DNA from: an uncultured Gemmatimonadales bacterium
Lineage (GTDB): Bacteria; Gemmatimonadota; Gemmatimonadetes; Longimicrobiales; RSA9
Direction: 5' to 3'
DNA length: 64,000 nucleotides
Assembly (NCBI GenBank): GCA_963741945.1
Contig: CAVUKA010000002.1
Coordinates: forward strand, 96,001 to 160,000
This document shows, piece after piece, positions 46,541 through 56,940 of this stretch (within the stretch, counting starts at the first letter, position 1; each line of letters starts with the position of its first letter). The translations under genes and the position numbers were made by a program. The notes below the pieces were generated by a model. The model saw only the letters and a list, made by a program, of their open reading frames with translations, ran no database searches and was not told where the DNA came from.

Positions 46541-47320
46541 TCAGAAGCCGCCCGGGCGCCTCACGTGCTCGTCGATCGGCAGCGCGAGGCCCTCCGCGAT
46601 CGAAGCGAACCAGGTCTCCACGCCCAGCAGTGAGGCCGTGCTGGCGCCCGTGGGAAGACCGCGCTCCGTCAGCAGCGCGCCGCCCGTCCGGCCCGAGAGC
46701 TGGAAGTCCGCCAGGAGCGCGCCGTCCGCGTCGTGGAACCGGAACCGGAACGCGTACCAGCCCGCGTCCGTCACCGCGTACGCGGCACCGCCCGCCGTCA
46801 CTTCCAGCCCGCCGGCGGACGGCTCCACCACCACCTGGGCTCCGCCCGGGTAGCCCCCGGCGTCGTCGAAGAAGAGCTCCGTCAGCGTGAACGCCGTCGC
46901 CGGCGAGCCTGCCGGGTCCAGGTAGATGTCCAGCTGGTCCACGAAGCCGCTGGCCGGGAACCGGCTCCACGTGCCGGCCCCGATGGAGTACGGGCCCGTC
47001 GGCGCGAACACGCTGTAGGCGGCGACGCAGCCGCCTTCTTCCACCGTCGCGTACCCGGCGCCCGCCGACGGCGCCACCGGGCCGCCGCCCCGGGCGTGGT
47101 GGTTCACCGTTCCGCACCAGCCACCGTCGTACCCGTACCACCCCTCGGCCCCGTGATTGAAGCCCTGGTGCCATACGGGGAACGGCGCGCTGGACAGCGA
47201 CGGGGCCGCTGCGGCCAGCGACCGGGTGGGCGCCGGGGCGGTGGCGCTTTCGCCACAGCCACTGGCCGCGAGCGCGGCCGCGGCCAGGGTCAGGATCAGC
47301 GTGGTGCGGTCTGTCGACAT
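46541..47320 (-). CDS. Hypothetical lipoprotein
   Basis: MSTDRTTLILTLAAAALAASG|C; AAGGAG RBS; divergent from the BTAD regulator. Confidence 0.75.
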   Translation of the reverse strand: MSTDRTTLILTLAAAALAASGCGESATAPAPTRSLAAAAPSLSSAPFPVWHQGFNHGAEGWYGYDGGWCGTVNHHARGGGPVAPSAGAGYATVEEGGCVAAYSVFAPTGPYSIGAGTWSRFPASGFVDQLDIYLDPAGSPATAFTLTELFFDDAGGYPGGAQVVVEPSAGGLEVTAGGAAYAVTDAGWYAFRFRFHDADGALLADFQLSGRTGGALLTERGLPTGASTASLLGVETWFASIAEGLALPIDEHVRRPGGF

Positions 47321-47443
47321 CGTTCTCTCCTTCGCTCGGGAACACGGGTACGGGTTCGTCTGTGCTCCGAAGCTGGGCGCGGTGTCTTTGCTCACCGTCA
47401 TGGCATGATTAGAATGCGTCTAAGACTCTTCCACGGAGGTGAC

Positions 47444-49672
47444 GTGATCCGTTTCCACCTGCTGGGACCGCCCGACCTGCGCGACGCCGAGGGTCGGCCG
47501 CGGGCGATCACGGGCGCGAAGCGTCTGGCGCTGCTGGCGTACCTGGCGCTCGAGTCACGGCGGGGGCCGGTGCGGCGGGACACGCTGGTGGGGCTGCTGT
47601 GGCCGGAGTCGAGCCAGAAGCGGGCGCGCAACGCGCTCAGCAACGTGGTCTTCCACGTGCGGAAGGCGCTCGGTCCCGACGTGTTCACGGCGACGGGGAC
47701 GGAGGAGCTCGGGCTGGCGGCGGAGTCGGTCTGGTGCGACGCGCTGGCGTTCGAGGCGGCGGTGGGGGAGGGGCGGCTGGGGGAGGCGCTGGACCTGTAC
47801 CGGGGGGACCTGCTGGAGGGGTTCTTCGCCCCGTCCGCGGGCGCGGAGTTCGACCACTGGGTGGACGGGGAGCGTGCGCGGCTGCGTCGCCTGGCCACGG
47901 ACGCGGCCCGGCGCCGGATCGAGGAGGCGGAGGGTCTGGGCGACCGGGTGGAAGCGCTCCGGATCGCGCGCTGGCTGTGCGGTCTCGCGCCGGAGGACGA
48001 GGCGGCGGCGCGTCGCCTGATGTCGCTTCTGGACAGCTCGGGGGATCGGGCGGGCGCGCTGCGGGCGTACGAGCGGCTGGCCAGTCGGCTGGAGCGCGAG
48101 CTGGGGGTGGAGCCGACCGCGGAGACGCGGGCGCTGGCGAAGCGGGTGCGGCTGCGCGACGAGGGTGCGACGGGTGCCCGCGCCGCGGCGCCGGGCCACG
48201 GAGACGCCGCGGGCGAGCCGGCCCGTCGCGAGCCGGCCGCGCCGGAGCTCCCCGTGCGGACCGTAGCGGTGCTTCCGTTCGCGAACCTGGGCGCCACGGC
48301 GGACGCGGAACCGTTCGTGGCCGGACTGCACGACGACCTGCTGACGGAGCTGTCGCGGATCTCGGCGCTGCGGGTGATCGCGCGCACATCGGTGCTCCGG
48401 TACCGGGGGACCGACCTCCCCGTGGCGGAGATCGCGCGGGAGCTCGGGGCGGGCACGATCGTGGAGGGCGGCGTGCAGGCGGCCGGGGATCGAATCCGGG
48501 TGAACGTGCAGGTGGTGGATGGCCGCGACTCGGCGCACCGGTGGGCGGAGCGGTTCGACCGCGAGCTGAGCGCGGAGACGATCTTCGAGATCCAGCAGGA
48601 GCTGGCCGAGCGGATCACGGGCGCGGTGCGCGCCGACCTGACCGATGCCGAGCGGAAGCGCGGGGCGGTGCCGGCGACGGAGGACCTGCAGGCGTACCGT
48701 CTCTACGTGAAGGGGCGGGGCTATCTCGACCAGCGGACGGAGATCGGCATCCTGAAGTCCATCGCCTTCTTCGAGCGGGCGGTCGAGCTGGACGAGCGCT
48801 ATGCGCTGGCCTGGTCCGGGCTCGCGGATGCGGTGGTGCTGCTCCACGACTACGGCTTCGACGACGCCGCCCACGACCTCACCGTGGCCGAGCGCGCGGT
48901 CGGGCGAGCCCTCGAGCTCGGTCCGGAGCTGGCCGAGGCGCACGCCTCGCTCGGCATGGTCCACAGCATCCGGCGCCGCGGGACCGAGGCGCTCGCGGCG
49001 CTCGCGCGGTCGGTGGAGATCAGGCCCGGCTACGCGGACGCCCACAACTGGCTCAGCTGGCACCGCAGCGTGTTCGGCATGCCGGGGCCGGCGCTCGAGA
49101 GCGCCCGGCGGGCCGTGGAGCTCGACCCCGTGGCCCCGGAACCCGCGTCCAATCTGGCGCTGTCGCTCCTGATCAACGGCCACCTGGAGGAGTCACTCGC
49201 CGCGGCGCGGCGGACCACGGAGCTCCAGCCGGACTGGACCACGGGGAGGTTCACCGAAGGCCTCGCCCTCTACGAGCTCGGCCGGTTCGAGGAGTCCGCC
49301 GAGGTCCTGCGCGGCCTCCGCGTGGAGTGGGTCGACGACGGCCCGCGCGCCGCTTTCGCCGTGGCGTGCGCCGCCATGGGCAACGTGGTGGAAGCGCGCG
49401 CCCTGCTCGACGCGTTCGAGCGCCTCGACGACTCCTTCTCCGCCGGCCTGGTCCGGCTCGCCCTCGGAGAGCGCGACGCCGCGTTCGACCATTTCCGGCG
49501 GATCACGCGCTGGACCTACTGGCCCACGCTGGCCATCCACCACTTCTTCCGCGCCACCCTCGCCCCCCTGCGCGCCGACCCCCTGGGCGACACGCTCAAG
49601 GCGAGGATGGCCGAGGCCTGGGGGCTCGGCCGCCCCCGCGCCGCATACCGGCCCCGCGCCGGCCACGGTTGA
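47444..49672 (+). CDS. Cytoplasmic BTAD/SARP-like regulator with TolB-like domain and TPR repeats
   Basis: GTG start with GGAGG RBS; LALLAYLAL, RDTLVGLLWPE, LYRGDLLEGF, VAVLPFANL, LRVIARTS, AYRLYVKGR; no TM seen. Confidence 0.88.
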   Translation: MIRFHLLGPPDLRDAEGRPRAITGAKRLALLAYLALESRRGPVRRDTLVGLLWPESSQKRARNALSNVVFHVRKALGPDVFTATGTEELGLAAESVWCDALAFEAAVGEGRLGEALDLYRGDLLEGFFAPSAGAEFDHWVDGERARLRRLATDAARRRIEEAEGLGDRVEALRIARWLCGLAPEDEAAARRLMSLLDSSGDRAGALRAYERLASRLERELGVEPTAETRALAKRVRLRDEGATGARAAAPGHGDAAGEPARREPAAPELPVRTVAVLPFANLGATADAEPFVAGLHDDLLTELSRISALRVIARTSVLRYRGTDLPVAEIARELGAGTIVEGGVQAAGDRIRVNVQVVDGRDSAHRWAERFDRELSAETIFEIQQELAERITGAVRADLTDAERKRGAVPATEDLQAYRLYVKGRGYLDQRTEIGILKSIAFFERAVELDERYALAWSGLADAVVLLHDYGFDDAAHDLTVAERAVGRALELGPELAEAHASLGMVHSIRRRGTEALAALARSVEIRPGYADAHNWLSWHRSVFGMPGPALESARRAVELDPVAPEPASNLALSLLINGHLEESLAAARRTTELQPDWTTGRFTEGLALYELGRFEESAEVLRGLRVEWVDDGPRAAFAVACAAMGNVVEARALLDAFERLDDSFSAGLVRLALGERDAAFDHFRRITRWTYWPTLAIHHFFRATLAPLRADPLGDTLKARMAEAWGLGRPRAAYRPRAGHG

Positions 49673-49706
49673 TCGCTGCGCGGCGCGGGCCCCTGCCGCC
49701 GCCCGC

Positions 49707-51434
49707 CTACAGCGGCAGCGCGATGGAGTGGATGAGCGAGACGTGCGCCGGCCTGCTGGCCGCCGTCTCGCCGTAGAGGTTGAAGCCCCAGCCGTAGAGG
49801 CGGCCGGCGCCGTCGAGGGCGAGGGAGTAGTCGTCGCCGGCGGCGATGGCGCGGAGGTCCTTGCCCTCGCTTTCGGCCAGCGGCGCGGGCGTCGGAGAGC
49901 ACGGGTAGTTGTCGGCTCTGCACGTGGTCTGAACCGCGCTGCCGGTCTGCCCCACCCCGCTCGCGCCCCAGCACCAGGCCCCGCCGCTCTCGGTGATGGC
50001 GCAGGCGAAGCCGGTTCCGGCGGCCACGGCCTTCGCGGGTGGCACGCCGACGGCGAGGGTCGGGATGGTGGCCGGGTCATCGGAGCCGTTGCCGAGCTGG
50101 CCCTGGTCGTTGTGTCCCCAGCAGACCACGTCCCGCTGCTCATCCACGCCGCAGTACCAGGGCAGCGTCCCCAGGGCGAGATCATCGAACCGGAGCGGCG
50201 CTCCCCACGGGATCGGGGACCGGTGTCGCCGTGAGTACGCCGTGATCCCCTCGGAGTGGTCGTAGAGGAAGCCCCAGCATTCGGCGGCGCCGTCCGGCGT
50301 GAGGCCGCACACGCCGCCTCCGCCCGCCACGAGGGCGTCGTAGGGGCCGCCCGCCACGGCCACGGCGCGAACGGCGGGCGTGTCGAGATCCTGGCCGTCG
50401 CCGATCTGCCCGCCGCTCCGGGCGCCCCAGCACCAGGCCTGGCCGGCCGCTTCCCGGCCGCACGTCACGCCCCGCCCCGCGGCGATGTCGACGAAGGCGT
50501 GCCCTTCCGCCGCGGGCACGGGCGCCGCGCGATCGGTGGTGGTGCCATCGCCAAGCTGGCCGACGTCGTTCTGCCCCCAGCACCAGGCCGCGCCGGCCGT
50601 GTCCAGGCCGCATGCGTGGGAAACCCCGACGGTGACCGCGCGCAGCCGCAGCTCGGGGAACACCGCCACCGGGTGCGGGTGGCACGGGACCCCGGACGCG
50701 CAGGCCTCCGCCGGCGCGCCGCCGAAGAGGCCGGCATCGGCGCCCCAGCAATAGAGCCGCCCCTCCGTGGTGACGGCGCAGCTCGTGGCCCCGCCGGCGG
50801 CCATCGCCGCCCAGCCGACCACGACCAGCCGGGTCGACACGCGCGCGCTGTCCAGCCTCGCCGTCACCACCGCCTCGCCGCTGGACCGGACCCGCAGCCC
50901 GGCTCGATCCGCGAGCACCACGCTCGTGTCCGCCGATGTCCATTTCGGCGCCCGCTCCGTGACAATGTTCCCCCACCGGTCGCGGAAGACGGGCACGGGC
51001 GGCTCGAAGGGATCCACCGCCACCCGCACGGAGTCCGGCAGCGGATCCGCCCGCATGGCCTCGCCAGCCAGGATCGTGAGGTGGACCGTCGTCGCACCCC
51101 CCGGCGAGCCGACCGGGGAAACCTCCGCCGACGCGCCACCCGCCACGGTGTCGCCCCGGACGACGAGCTCGACCCGCCCATCCGCGTCCGTTTCCAGCAC
51201 CGTGTCGCGCGGCGCGCCCCGGTCCAGGGTCCAGCGGAGCCGCGCCCCTGCGACGGCCCGGCCGGCGGGGTCGGTGGCCTGGAGGACCACCGGTTCCGGG
51301 AACGCGCTACCCGCGCGGGTGCTCTGCTGGTCTCCGGCGACCACGGCCAGGCGCACCGGCGGGATGGCCGCGTCCGTGGCATCGCCGCACGCGGCGAGCG
51401 CCAGCGCCAGCAGCGCGCAGGGGAGACATCGCAT
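49707..51434 (-). CDS. RCC1-repeat lipoprotein with Ig-like domains
   Basis: Lipobox LAAC; VAGDQQ Ig motif; repeated G.A.CWG.N..GQLG. Confidence 0.88.
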   Translation of the reverse strand: MRCLPCALLALALAACGDATDAAIPPVRLAVVAGDQQSTRAGSAFPEPVVLQATDPAGRAVAGARLRWTLDRGAPRDTVLETDADGRVELVVRGDTVAGGASAEVSPVGSPGGATTVHLTILAGEAMRADPLPDSVRVAVDPFEPPVPVFRDRWGNIVTERAPKWTSADTSVVLADRAGLRVRSSGEAVVTARLDSARVSTRLVVVGWAAMAAGGATSCAVTTEGRLYCWGADAGLFGGAPAEACASGVPCHPHPVAVFPELRLRAVTVGVSHACGLDTAGAAWCWGQNDVGQLGDGTTTDRAAPVPAAEGHAFVDIAAGRGVTCGREAAGQAWCWGARSGGQIGDGQDLDTPAVRAVAVAGGPYDALVAGGGGVCGLTPDGAAECWGFLYDHSEGITAYSRRHRSPIPWGAPLRFDDLALGTLPWYCGVDEQRDVVCWGHNDQGQLGNGSDDPATIPTLAVGVPPAKAVAAGTGFACAITESGGAWCWGASGVGQTGSAVQTTCRADNYPCSPTPAPLAESEGKDLRAIAAGDDYSLALDGAGRLYGWGFNLYGETAASRPAHVSLIHSIALPL

Positions 51435-51435
51435 C

Positions 51436-52707
51436 TCAGACTCCGGGAGCGCTGCCGCCAAGCGCCTGAAGGAACATCACCACCGCCAGGTAGACCATCG
51501 CGGCCGCGAGGAAGCGCACCAGCACCACGCCGGAAAGCCGTCCGGAGACGCGCGCGCCCACCCATGATCCGACCTGGATTCCCAGGGCTGCCGGGACGGC
51601 CACGGACAGGTCGATGATACCGTGGGCGTAATAGATGTAGGCGCTGGCGGACACCGTGATTCCGACCATGAAGACGCTGGTGGCCGCGGCCGCCTTGACG
51701 GGGACGCCCATGATCCCGTGCATCACGGGCATCTTGATGACACCGCCCCCGATGCCGAGCATGCCGGACAGCATGCCCCCGGCGAAGCCGGCGCCGGCCC
51801 CCAGCCTTAGTCGCCGGGGGATGTATCTCACTTCGGACCCGGACGCCCGGTCCCGGTACATTCCACCCACCTTCAGCGGGTCCGGCCCGGAGCTCGCCGC
51901 CACGGCGCCGGCACGGCGAAACACCATGATCACCGCCATGCCCAGCAGCGCGACCGCGAAGATCAGCCGGAGCACCTGCGGCGCCACCGCCACCACCACG
52001 AAGCTGCCCAGAACGGCACCGGTCACGGTGGTGAGCTCCAGCAGCAGACCGAGCTTGATGTTCGGGATCCGGTCCCGCAGATACGTGGACGTCCCCGAGA
52101 GCGAGTTCACCACCACCGAGACAGCGCCCGCGCTGATGGCCACCTTCATCGGGACGCCGAAGAACGCGGACAGCACGGGCACCAGGAACACCGCCCCTCC
52201 CAGCCCCACGGAGACGCCCAGGCCGCCCGCCAGCCCCGCGGCGGCGAGAACCCCGGCCTGCGTCGGCACGTCCAGGCGCGGCAGCGCCGTTGCCACGCGC
52301 CCCCCGCTGGTGAGCAGCGAGACGGCCAGCCCCGTGACCACCACGCCCAGGATCACCCCGGCGGCGCCGGCCAGGAGGCGCTGACCGTTGCGGGCGGCGC
52401 ACACGCCGACGCAGATCACCGCCACGGGGGGCGCGGCCAGCAGGACCAGGATCCCCAGGGTGGCGATCCCGGCGTCATTCAGGTGCAGCAGGTCCCCGGG
52501 CAGCGAGAAAAGCGCGGCCGCCCCCGTGGGGAGCCGACCGTGCCGCAGGAATCCCAGCGTCCCTCCCACGAGTACCAGCAGGATCCCGACGCCGAGGATC
52601 GACCGGACCACGGACGCGAGGCCCGACAGGATGTCGAACGGCACGGTGCCCGCGCTCCGCTCCATTGCTTGCGTCGAGCCCTCCTTCCCCACCCGCGCGT
52701 TTGCCAT
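51436..52707 (-). CDS. DUF1634-like domain fused to TauE/SafE (TSUP) transporter
   Basis: N-terminal GILVLLAAP 3-TM block, then VGLGGAVFLVP, GLLLELTTVTGA, SGMLGIGGG..K, VPVKAAAATS.FM.G; start may be 52666. Confidence 0.8.
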   Translation of the reverse strand: MANARVGKEGSTQAMERSAGTVPFDILSGLASVVRSILGVGILLVLVGGTLGFLRHGRLPTGAAALFSLPGDLLHLNDAGIATLGILVLLAAPPVAVICVGVCAARNGQRLLAGAAGVILGVVVTGLAVSLLTSGGRVATALPRLDVPTQAGVLAAAGLAGGLGVSVGLGGAVFLVPVLSAFFGVPMKVAISAGAVSVVVNSLSGTSTYLRDRIPNIKLGLLLELTTVTGAVLGSFVVVAVAPQVLRLIFAVALLGMAVIMVFRRAGAVAASSGPDPLKVGGMYRDRASGSEVRYIPRRLRLGAGAGFAGGMLSGMLGIGGGVIKMPVMHGIMGVPVKAAAATSVFMVGITVSASAYIYYAHGIIDLSVAVPAALGIQVGSWVGARVSGRLSGVVLVRFLAAAMVYLAVVMFLQALGGSAPGV

Positions 52708-52843
52708 GCCGATCCTCTACCCGCGATACCGCTCCGGTTTCCCTCGGCCCGCCGGCCGATCTCCTCGAGCCATCTCGCGTTGGCGGCCCCGTCTGGACCC
52801 GCTCCCGCCCCGCACGAAGCACGCCGGCGCGCCCCCCGTCCCG

Positions 52844-55408
52844 TCAGAACGCGTTGCCGAAGAACACCGCATTCAGGAACAGCCCGTTCGTGCCATACCA
52901 GAAGCCCCGGAAATTCGGGTGGTCCAGGATGGCGACGACGCGGCCGCGGCCCACCCGCCCTGCGATCACCGCCGCGCCCCCCGCCAGCTGCGCCCGCCTG
53001 GCCGCGGACGCGTAGCCGCTCAGCACGGGCGAGCCGGTGTAGCGGGCGACGACGCTCCCGGGCTCCTTCGTCGGCTCGTACACGTCCTCGCCCTGCCGGA
53101 ACACAGGCACCACACCCTCGTAGCCGTAGGCCAGCGGGTGCGTCGGGTCCACGCGCGCGCCCAGGATCGCCCCGCCCAGCACCTGCGCCCCCCGGGCGTC
53201 CTCCAGATCCGCCCACGGCTTTCCCGCCACCAGGCTGTCCACGTCCAGGACCCGCGGGTCGAGGTCGAGGAGGCCGGTGCGGTCGAGCCACGCGGCCGCG
53301 TCGCCCAGCGCCACCAGCCGGCCGCCGCCCCGGACCCACGCGGCCACCCGCTCGGCGTCGAGGCCGTCGTACGAGCCGCCGGCCAGCACCAGCGTGTTGT
53401 AGCGGTCCAGGTCGGCGCGCCCCACGGCCGGGACGTCCAGCAGCGAGACCGGGATGCGGAAGCGCTCGCTGAGCAGGTGCCACGTCGCGCCCGTGTGGTA
53501 CGAGGCCGTACCGTCACCCGTCAGGAGCGCGATCCGCGGCCGCTCCAGCGCCACACCCGATGCGCTCCCCAGGTCGTAGCCCTCGGGCGTCAGCCCCGTG
53601 CCCGTGGCGAAGATGCGGACCTGGTCCGAGTCGGCGGCCGTTCGCACCAGCGCGTGCACCGTGCCCGCGTCCACGTCCGCCTGCGTCACCGGGATCACCA
53701 CGGTGCCGCGCTCGAACCGCTGCGGCCGCCCGCCGATCGCGGCCGAGAACGGCGATGTCATGAGTCGGGCCCGCACCCCGGCCGCCTGCAGCCGATAGAG
53801 CGCCCGCGCGGCGAAGTAGCGGTCCCACGGCATCAGGTAGGCATACGACGCAGGGCCGCCCACCACCTCGCCGCCATCGGCCATCACGGGCGGCAGCTCC
53901 GCACCGAGGTACCGCTCCGCGTCGCCCCGGAGCGTGGCGTGGCGGACGCCATACGCCAGCGGGAGGGTCCAGGTGGAGATGTCGTAGAAGAGTGAGTCCT
54001 GGAACTCATTCATCGCCTCCATGGACGCCGCGATCAGGCGAGCCTGCCGCTGGTCCACCGGCACCACGTACGCCTCGCCCGGCTGGAAGCGGGTCCCGTC
54101 CACGTCCAGCGACCGGGCCAGCGCGTGGACGCGGACGCCGTGGGCCTGGAGCAGCGCCGCCAGCGCCTGCGCCCGCGTCCGGTGAATCGCGAGCGAGACC
54201 ACGTAGCCCTTCGCCTCGTGCTGCCTCGCCCAGGCGTGGGCGCCGGCAAAATAGTCGCGCTGGTAGCGGAGCAGCCGCTCGCGCATCTCGCCCACGGCCC
54301 GGAGCGTGGAGAACGACGCCAGGACGTGGTTGCGGATGGTGAACGGGAAGGTGAGGACGCCGTTCGCGGTCGCCCGCTCCAGCGCCCGCGAGGACGCCTG
54401 CTCGAACAGGATCCCCACGGTCCCCTGGACATCGGGGTACGTGGAGCCCTTGCCGTAGAAGAAGTCGTCGTACCCCTCGGCGCTGTAGTAGAGCGCGCCA
54501 ATGCCGTCGAGCGCCCGCGCGTGGTACTGCGCGATCTCGGCCGTCAGCTCCTGGTTGATGGCCGGCGTGAACGGGTTCGCGCGGCCGGCGTGGCCGGGCA
54601 TGAAGAAGAACGTGTTGTCGCTCCCCATCTCGTGGTGGTCCGTCATCACCTGCGGCCGCCAGGCCTGGTACAGGGCGACGCGCCCCCGGGACTCCGGGTG
54701 CACCAGCGGCAGCCAGTCCCGGTTCAGGTCGAACCAGTAGTGGTTGGTGCGCCCGCCTGGCCACGGCTCCCGGTGCTCCCGGTCCTGCGGGTCCGCCACC
54801 GCCACACCGCCCCGATTGCGGTTCGCCCAGTCCGTGAACCGGTCCCGCCCGTCCGGGTTCAGCATGGGATCCAGGATCACCACCGTGTGGTCCAGCACCG
54901 AGTCGATGGCGGCGCCCCGGCCGGCCGCCAGGTGGTACAGCACCAGCATGGCCGCCTCCGACCCGCTCGCCTCGTTGCCGTGGATGCTGTAGCCCAGCGT
55001 GACCACCGCCGGCATCCCGGCGAGCTCCGCGTCCCGGACTCCCGCCGGGTCGTCCGACAGCCGCAGGCTGGCCCGCCGGATCGCTTCCAGCCGCGCCTGG
55101 TTCCCCGCGGACGTCACGATGGCGTGGATCAATGGCCGGCCCTCGTAGCTCCGGGCGTGCTCCTCCACGATCACCCGGTCGCTCGCCGCCGCCACCCGCT
55201 GGAAGTAGTCGACGATCTCGCTCGGCAGCGTGTGGCGCTCGCCGACGCGGTAGCCGAGAACGTCCGCCGGCGATGGGATCCCGGGGCTGTACGTCACGCC
55301 GGCGGGCACCGGCGTCTCGATGGCGATGGGGAGCCCCTGGGCCGGGAGGGCGGTCGGGGTCAGCACCGGCAGAAGCGCCAGCAGCAGCGCGAGGGACGGC
55401 TTCGTCAT
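52844..55408 (-). CDS. M14-family zinc carboxypeptidase, secreted
   Basis: SIHGNEASG, NPDGRDRF, GRTNHYWFDLNRDW, DHHEM; C-terminal NFRGFWYGT. Confidence 0.9.
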   Translation of the reverse strand: MTKPSLALLLALLPVLTPTALPAQGLPIAIETPVPAGVTYSPGIPSPADVLGYRVGERHTLPSEIVDYFQRVAAASDRVIVEEHARSYEGRPLIHAIVTSAGNQARLEAIRRASLRLSDDPAGVRDAELAGMPAVVTLGYSIHGNEASGSEAAMLVLYHLAAGRGAAIDSVLDHTVVILDPMLNPDGRDRFTDWANRNRGGVAVADPQDREHREPWPGGRTNHYWFDLNRDWLPLVHPESRGRVALYQAWRPQVMTDHHEMGSDNTFFFMPGHAGRANPFTPAINQELTAEIAQYHARALDGIGALYYSAEGYDDFFYGKGSTYPDVQGTVGILFEQASSRALERATANGVLTFPFTIRNHVLASFSTLRAVGEMRERLLRYQRDYFAGAHAWARQHEAKGYVVSLAIHRTRAQALAALLQAHGVRVHALARSLDVDGTRFQPGEAYVVPVDQRQARLIAASMEAMNEFQDSLFYDISTWTLPLAYGVRHATLRGDAERYLGAELPPVMADGGEVVGGPASYAYLMPWDRYFAARALYRLQAAGVRARLMTSPFSAAIGGRPQRFERGTVVIPVTQADVDAGTVHALVRTAADSDQVRIFATGTGLTPEGYDLGSASGVALERPRIALLTGDGTASYHTGATWHLLSERFRIPVSLLDVPAVGRADLDRYNTLVLAGGSYDGLDAERVAAWVRGGGRLVALGDAAAWLDRTGLLDLDPRVLDVDSLVAGKPWADLEDARGAQVLGGAILGARVDPTHPLAYGYEGVVPVFRQGEDVYEPTKEPGSVVARYTGSPVLSGYASAARRAQLAGGAAVIAGRVGRGRVVAILDHPNFRGFWYGTNGLFLNAVFFGNAF

Positions 55409-55591
55409 GGTAGCTGTTCTCTTGGTCGGTGGATGGGGCGCGCCCGGGGAGCCGGCCGCCGACAGCGCGCTTTCCGGCAACCTACAGGATGGGTGCTACG
55501 GCCGCACAGGGAGGGTGAAGGAGAAAGCGCTGCCACTTCCGGGCTCGCTCATGGCTGCGCAGGATCGCGTCGCCCCCGGGCGAGCGGCCGC

Positions 55592-56905
55592 TCACCCGTC
55601 CACGAGGGCGCCCTGCCCCTGCCGGACGGCCGCGTCCTTCAGCGCGGCCAGGAAGCGGGAGCGGAGCAGGTCGCTCATGAGCGCGCGCTTCACCGGCGGG
55701 ATGCGGAGGAAGCCGCCGACCACGGCCCGGGCGAACCCCTGGGTCAGGCTGGAGGGGTCATCGAAGAGCTGGTTCTGGAGCGTGCCCCGCTCGAGGCACT
55801 GGAGGATGATCCTCTCGAACGTGGTCTCGGGGTGCAGCACACGCTGCTCGCGCTGCGTCAGGCGCATGGCGCCCGGCTTGCACCGGACCGTGCACACGCC
55901 GCAGCCGAGGCACAGCTCCTGGTTCACCACCGGCCGGCCGAACTTGCGGTACTTCGGGTCGGGGTCGGGGATCCGGTCGATGGCGCCGATGGGGCACTGG
56001 CGTGAGCAGATCCCGCACCCGATGCACTTCTCCGGGTCCGACTCCGCGATCCAGTTGGACGTGACCACGGCATTGGTGTAGCCGTGGCGGTTGATGCCGC
56101 CCAGCACGTTGCAGCAGCAGCCGCAGCAATGACAGAAGAAGCTGACGCCGCGCTGCACGTTGTCGGCGTTGATGACCAGCCCCAGCTCCCGCGACCGGTC
56201 CACGTTCTCCAGCATCTCCTGCTTCGAGACCTCCCGGGCCAGACCGTTCCGGACCATGTAGTCCACGGAGCGGGCGCCGAGCGTCGAGCACGTCTCCAGC
56301 GGGGCATCGCAGTCGTTCGCGCCCAGGTGGCGGTGCTCGTGGCGGCACGAGCAGAGCCCGATGGCGAAGCGGTCGGTGGCCTCCACGATGGCCGACGCCT
56401 TCTCGTAGTCGAACACCTCCACGTACTCCTCGGGACGGACGGAGCCATCGTGCGGCACCGCGCGCATGATGGAGACGCGCTTGCCATCCCCGAACATGGC
56501 CTCCGCGAACGGCCCCTCCTCCAGGTAGTCCCGGAAGAGCGCGGCCCACTCTTCGTACGGCAGTCTCCCGCCCGTGCGCATCATGGTGAACTCGAAGACG
56601 CCGATCACCATGGGCGACGGAGCATAGCGGAACCGGCCGCCCGCCCACACGTCGATGACCAGGCCGCGCGGGCAGAGGCTGGCCAGCAGCCGCTCGAGAT
56701 CGGCGCGGGGAGTCCCCGTGACGCGTTCCAGCCGCCCGAGGGTGGAGAAGCCCCACGGCATGGCCGCCACCAGGCGCGCATCCTCCTCGCCGTACAGCGC
56801 TTCCAGCAGCGCGCGAAGCGTGTCGCTCCACGGCGCCCGGGCGCTCAGCCCATCGAGCTTGCGGCCGAGCTGACGGTACACGTCCTTGCCCACGGTGTGT
56901 CCCAT
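55592..56905 (-). CDS. 4Fe-4S dicluster-binding protein
   Basis: CSCRH, C..P.ETC, FCHCCGCCC, CIGCGICSRQCP, CLGCGVCTVRC. Confidence 0.88.
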   Translation of the reverse strand: MGHTVGKDVYRQLGRKLDGLSARAPWSDTLRALLEALYGEEDARLVAAMPWGFSTLGRLERVTGTPRADLERLLASLCPRGLVIDVWAGGRFRYAPSPMVIGVFEFTMMRTGGRLPYEEWAALFRDYLEEGPFAEAMFGDGKRVSIMRAVPHDGSVRPEEYVEVFDYEKASAIVEATDRFAIGLCSCRHEHRHLGANDCDAPLETCSTLGARSVDYMVRNGLAREVSKQEMLENVDRSRELGLVINADNVQRGVSFFCHCCGCCCNVLGGINRHGYTNAVVTSNWIAESDPEKCIGCGICSRQCPIGAIDRIPDPDPKYRKFGRPVVNQELCLGCGVCTVRCKPGAMRLTQREQRVLHPETTFERIILQCLERGTLQNQLFDDPSSLTQGFARAVVGGFLRIPPVKRALMSDLLRSRFLAALKDAAVRQGQGALVDG

Positions 56906-56940
56906 TGCGACCCTCCACTCGAGCCGTGCTCAGCCCGCGC

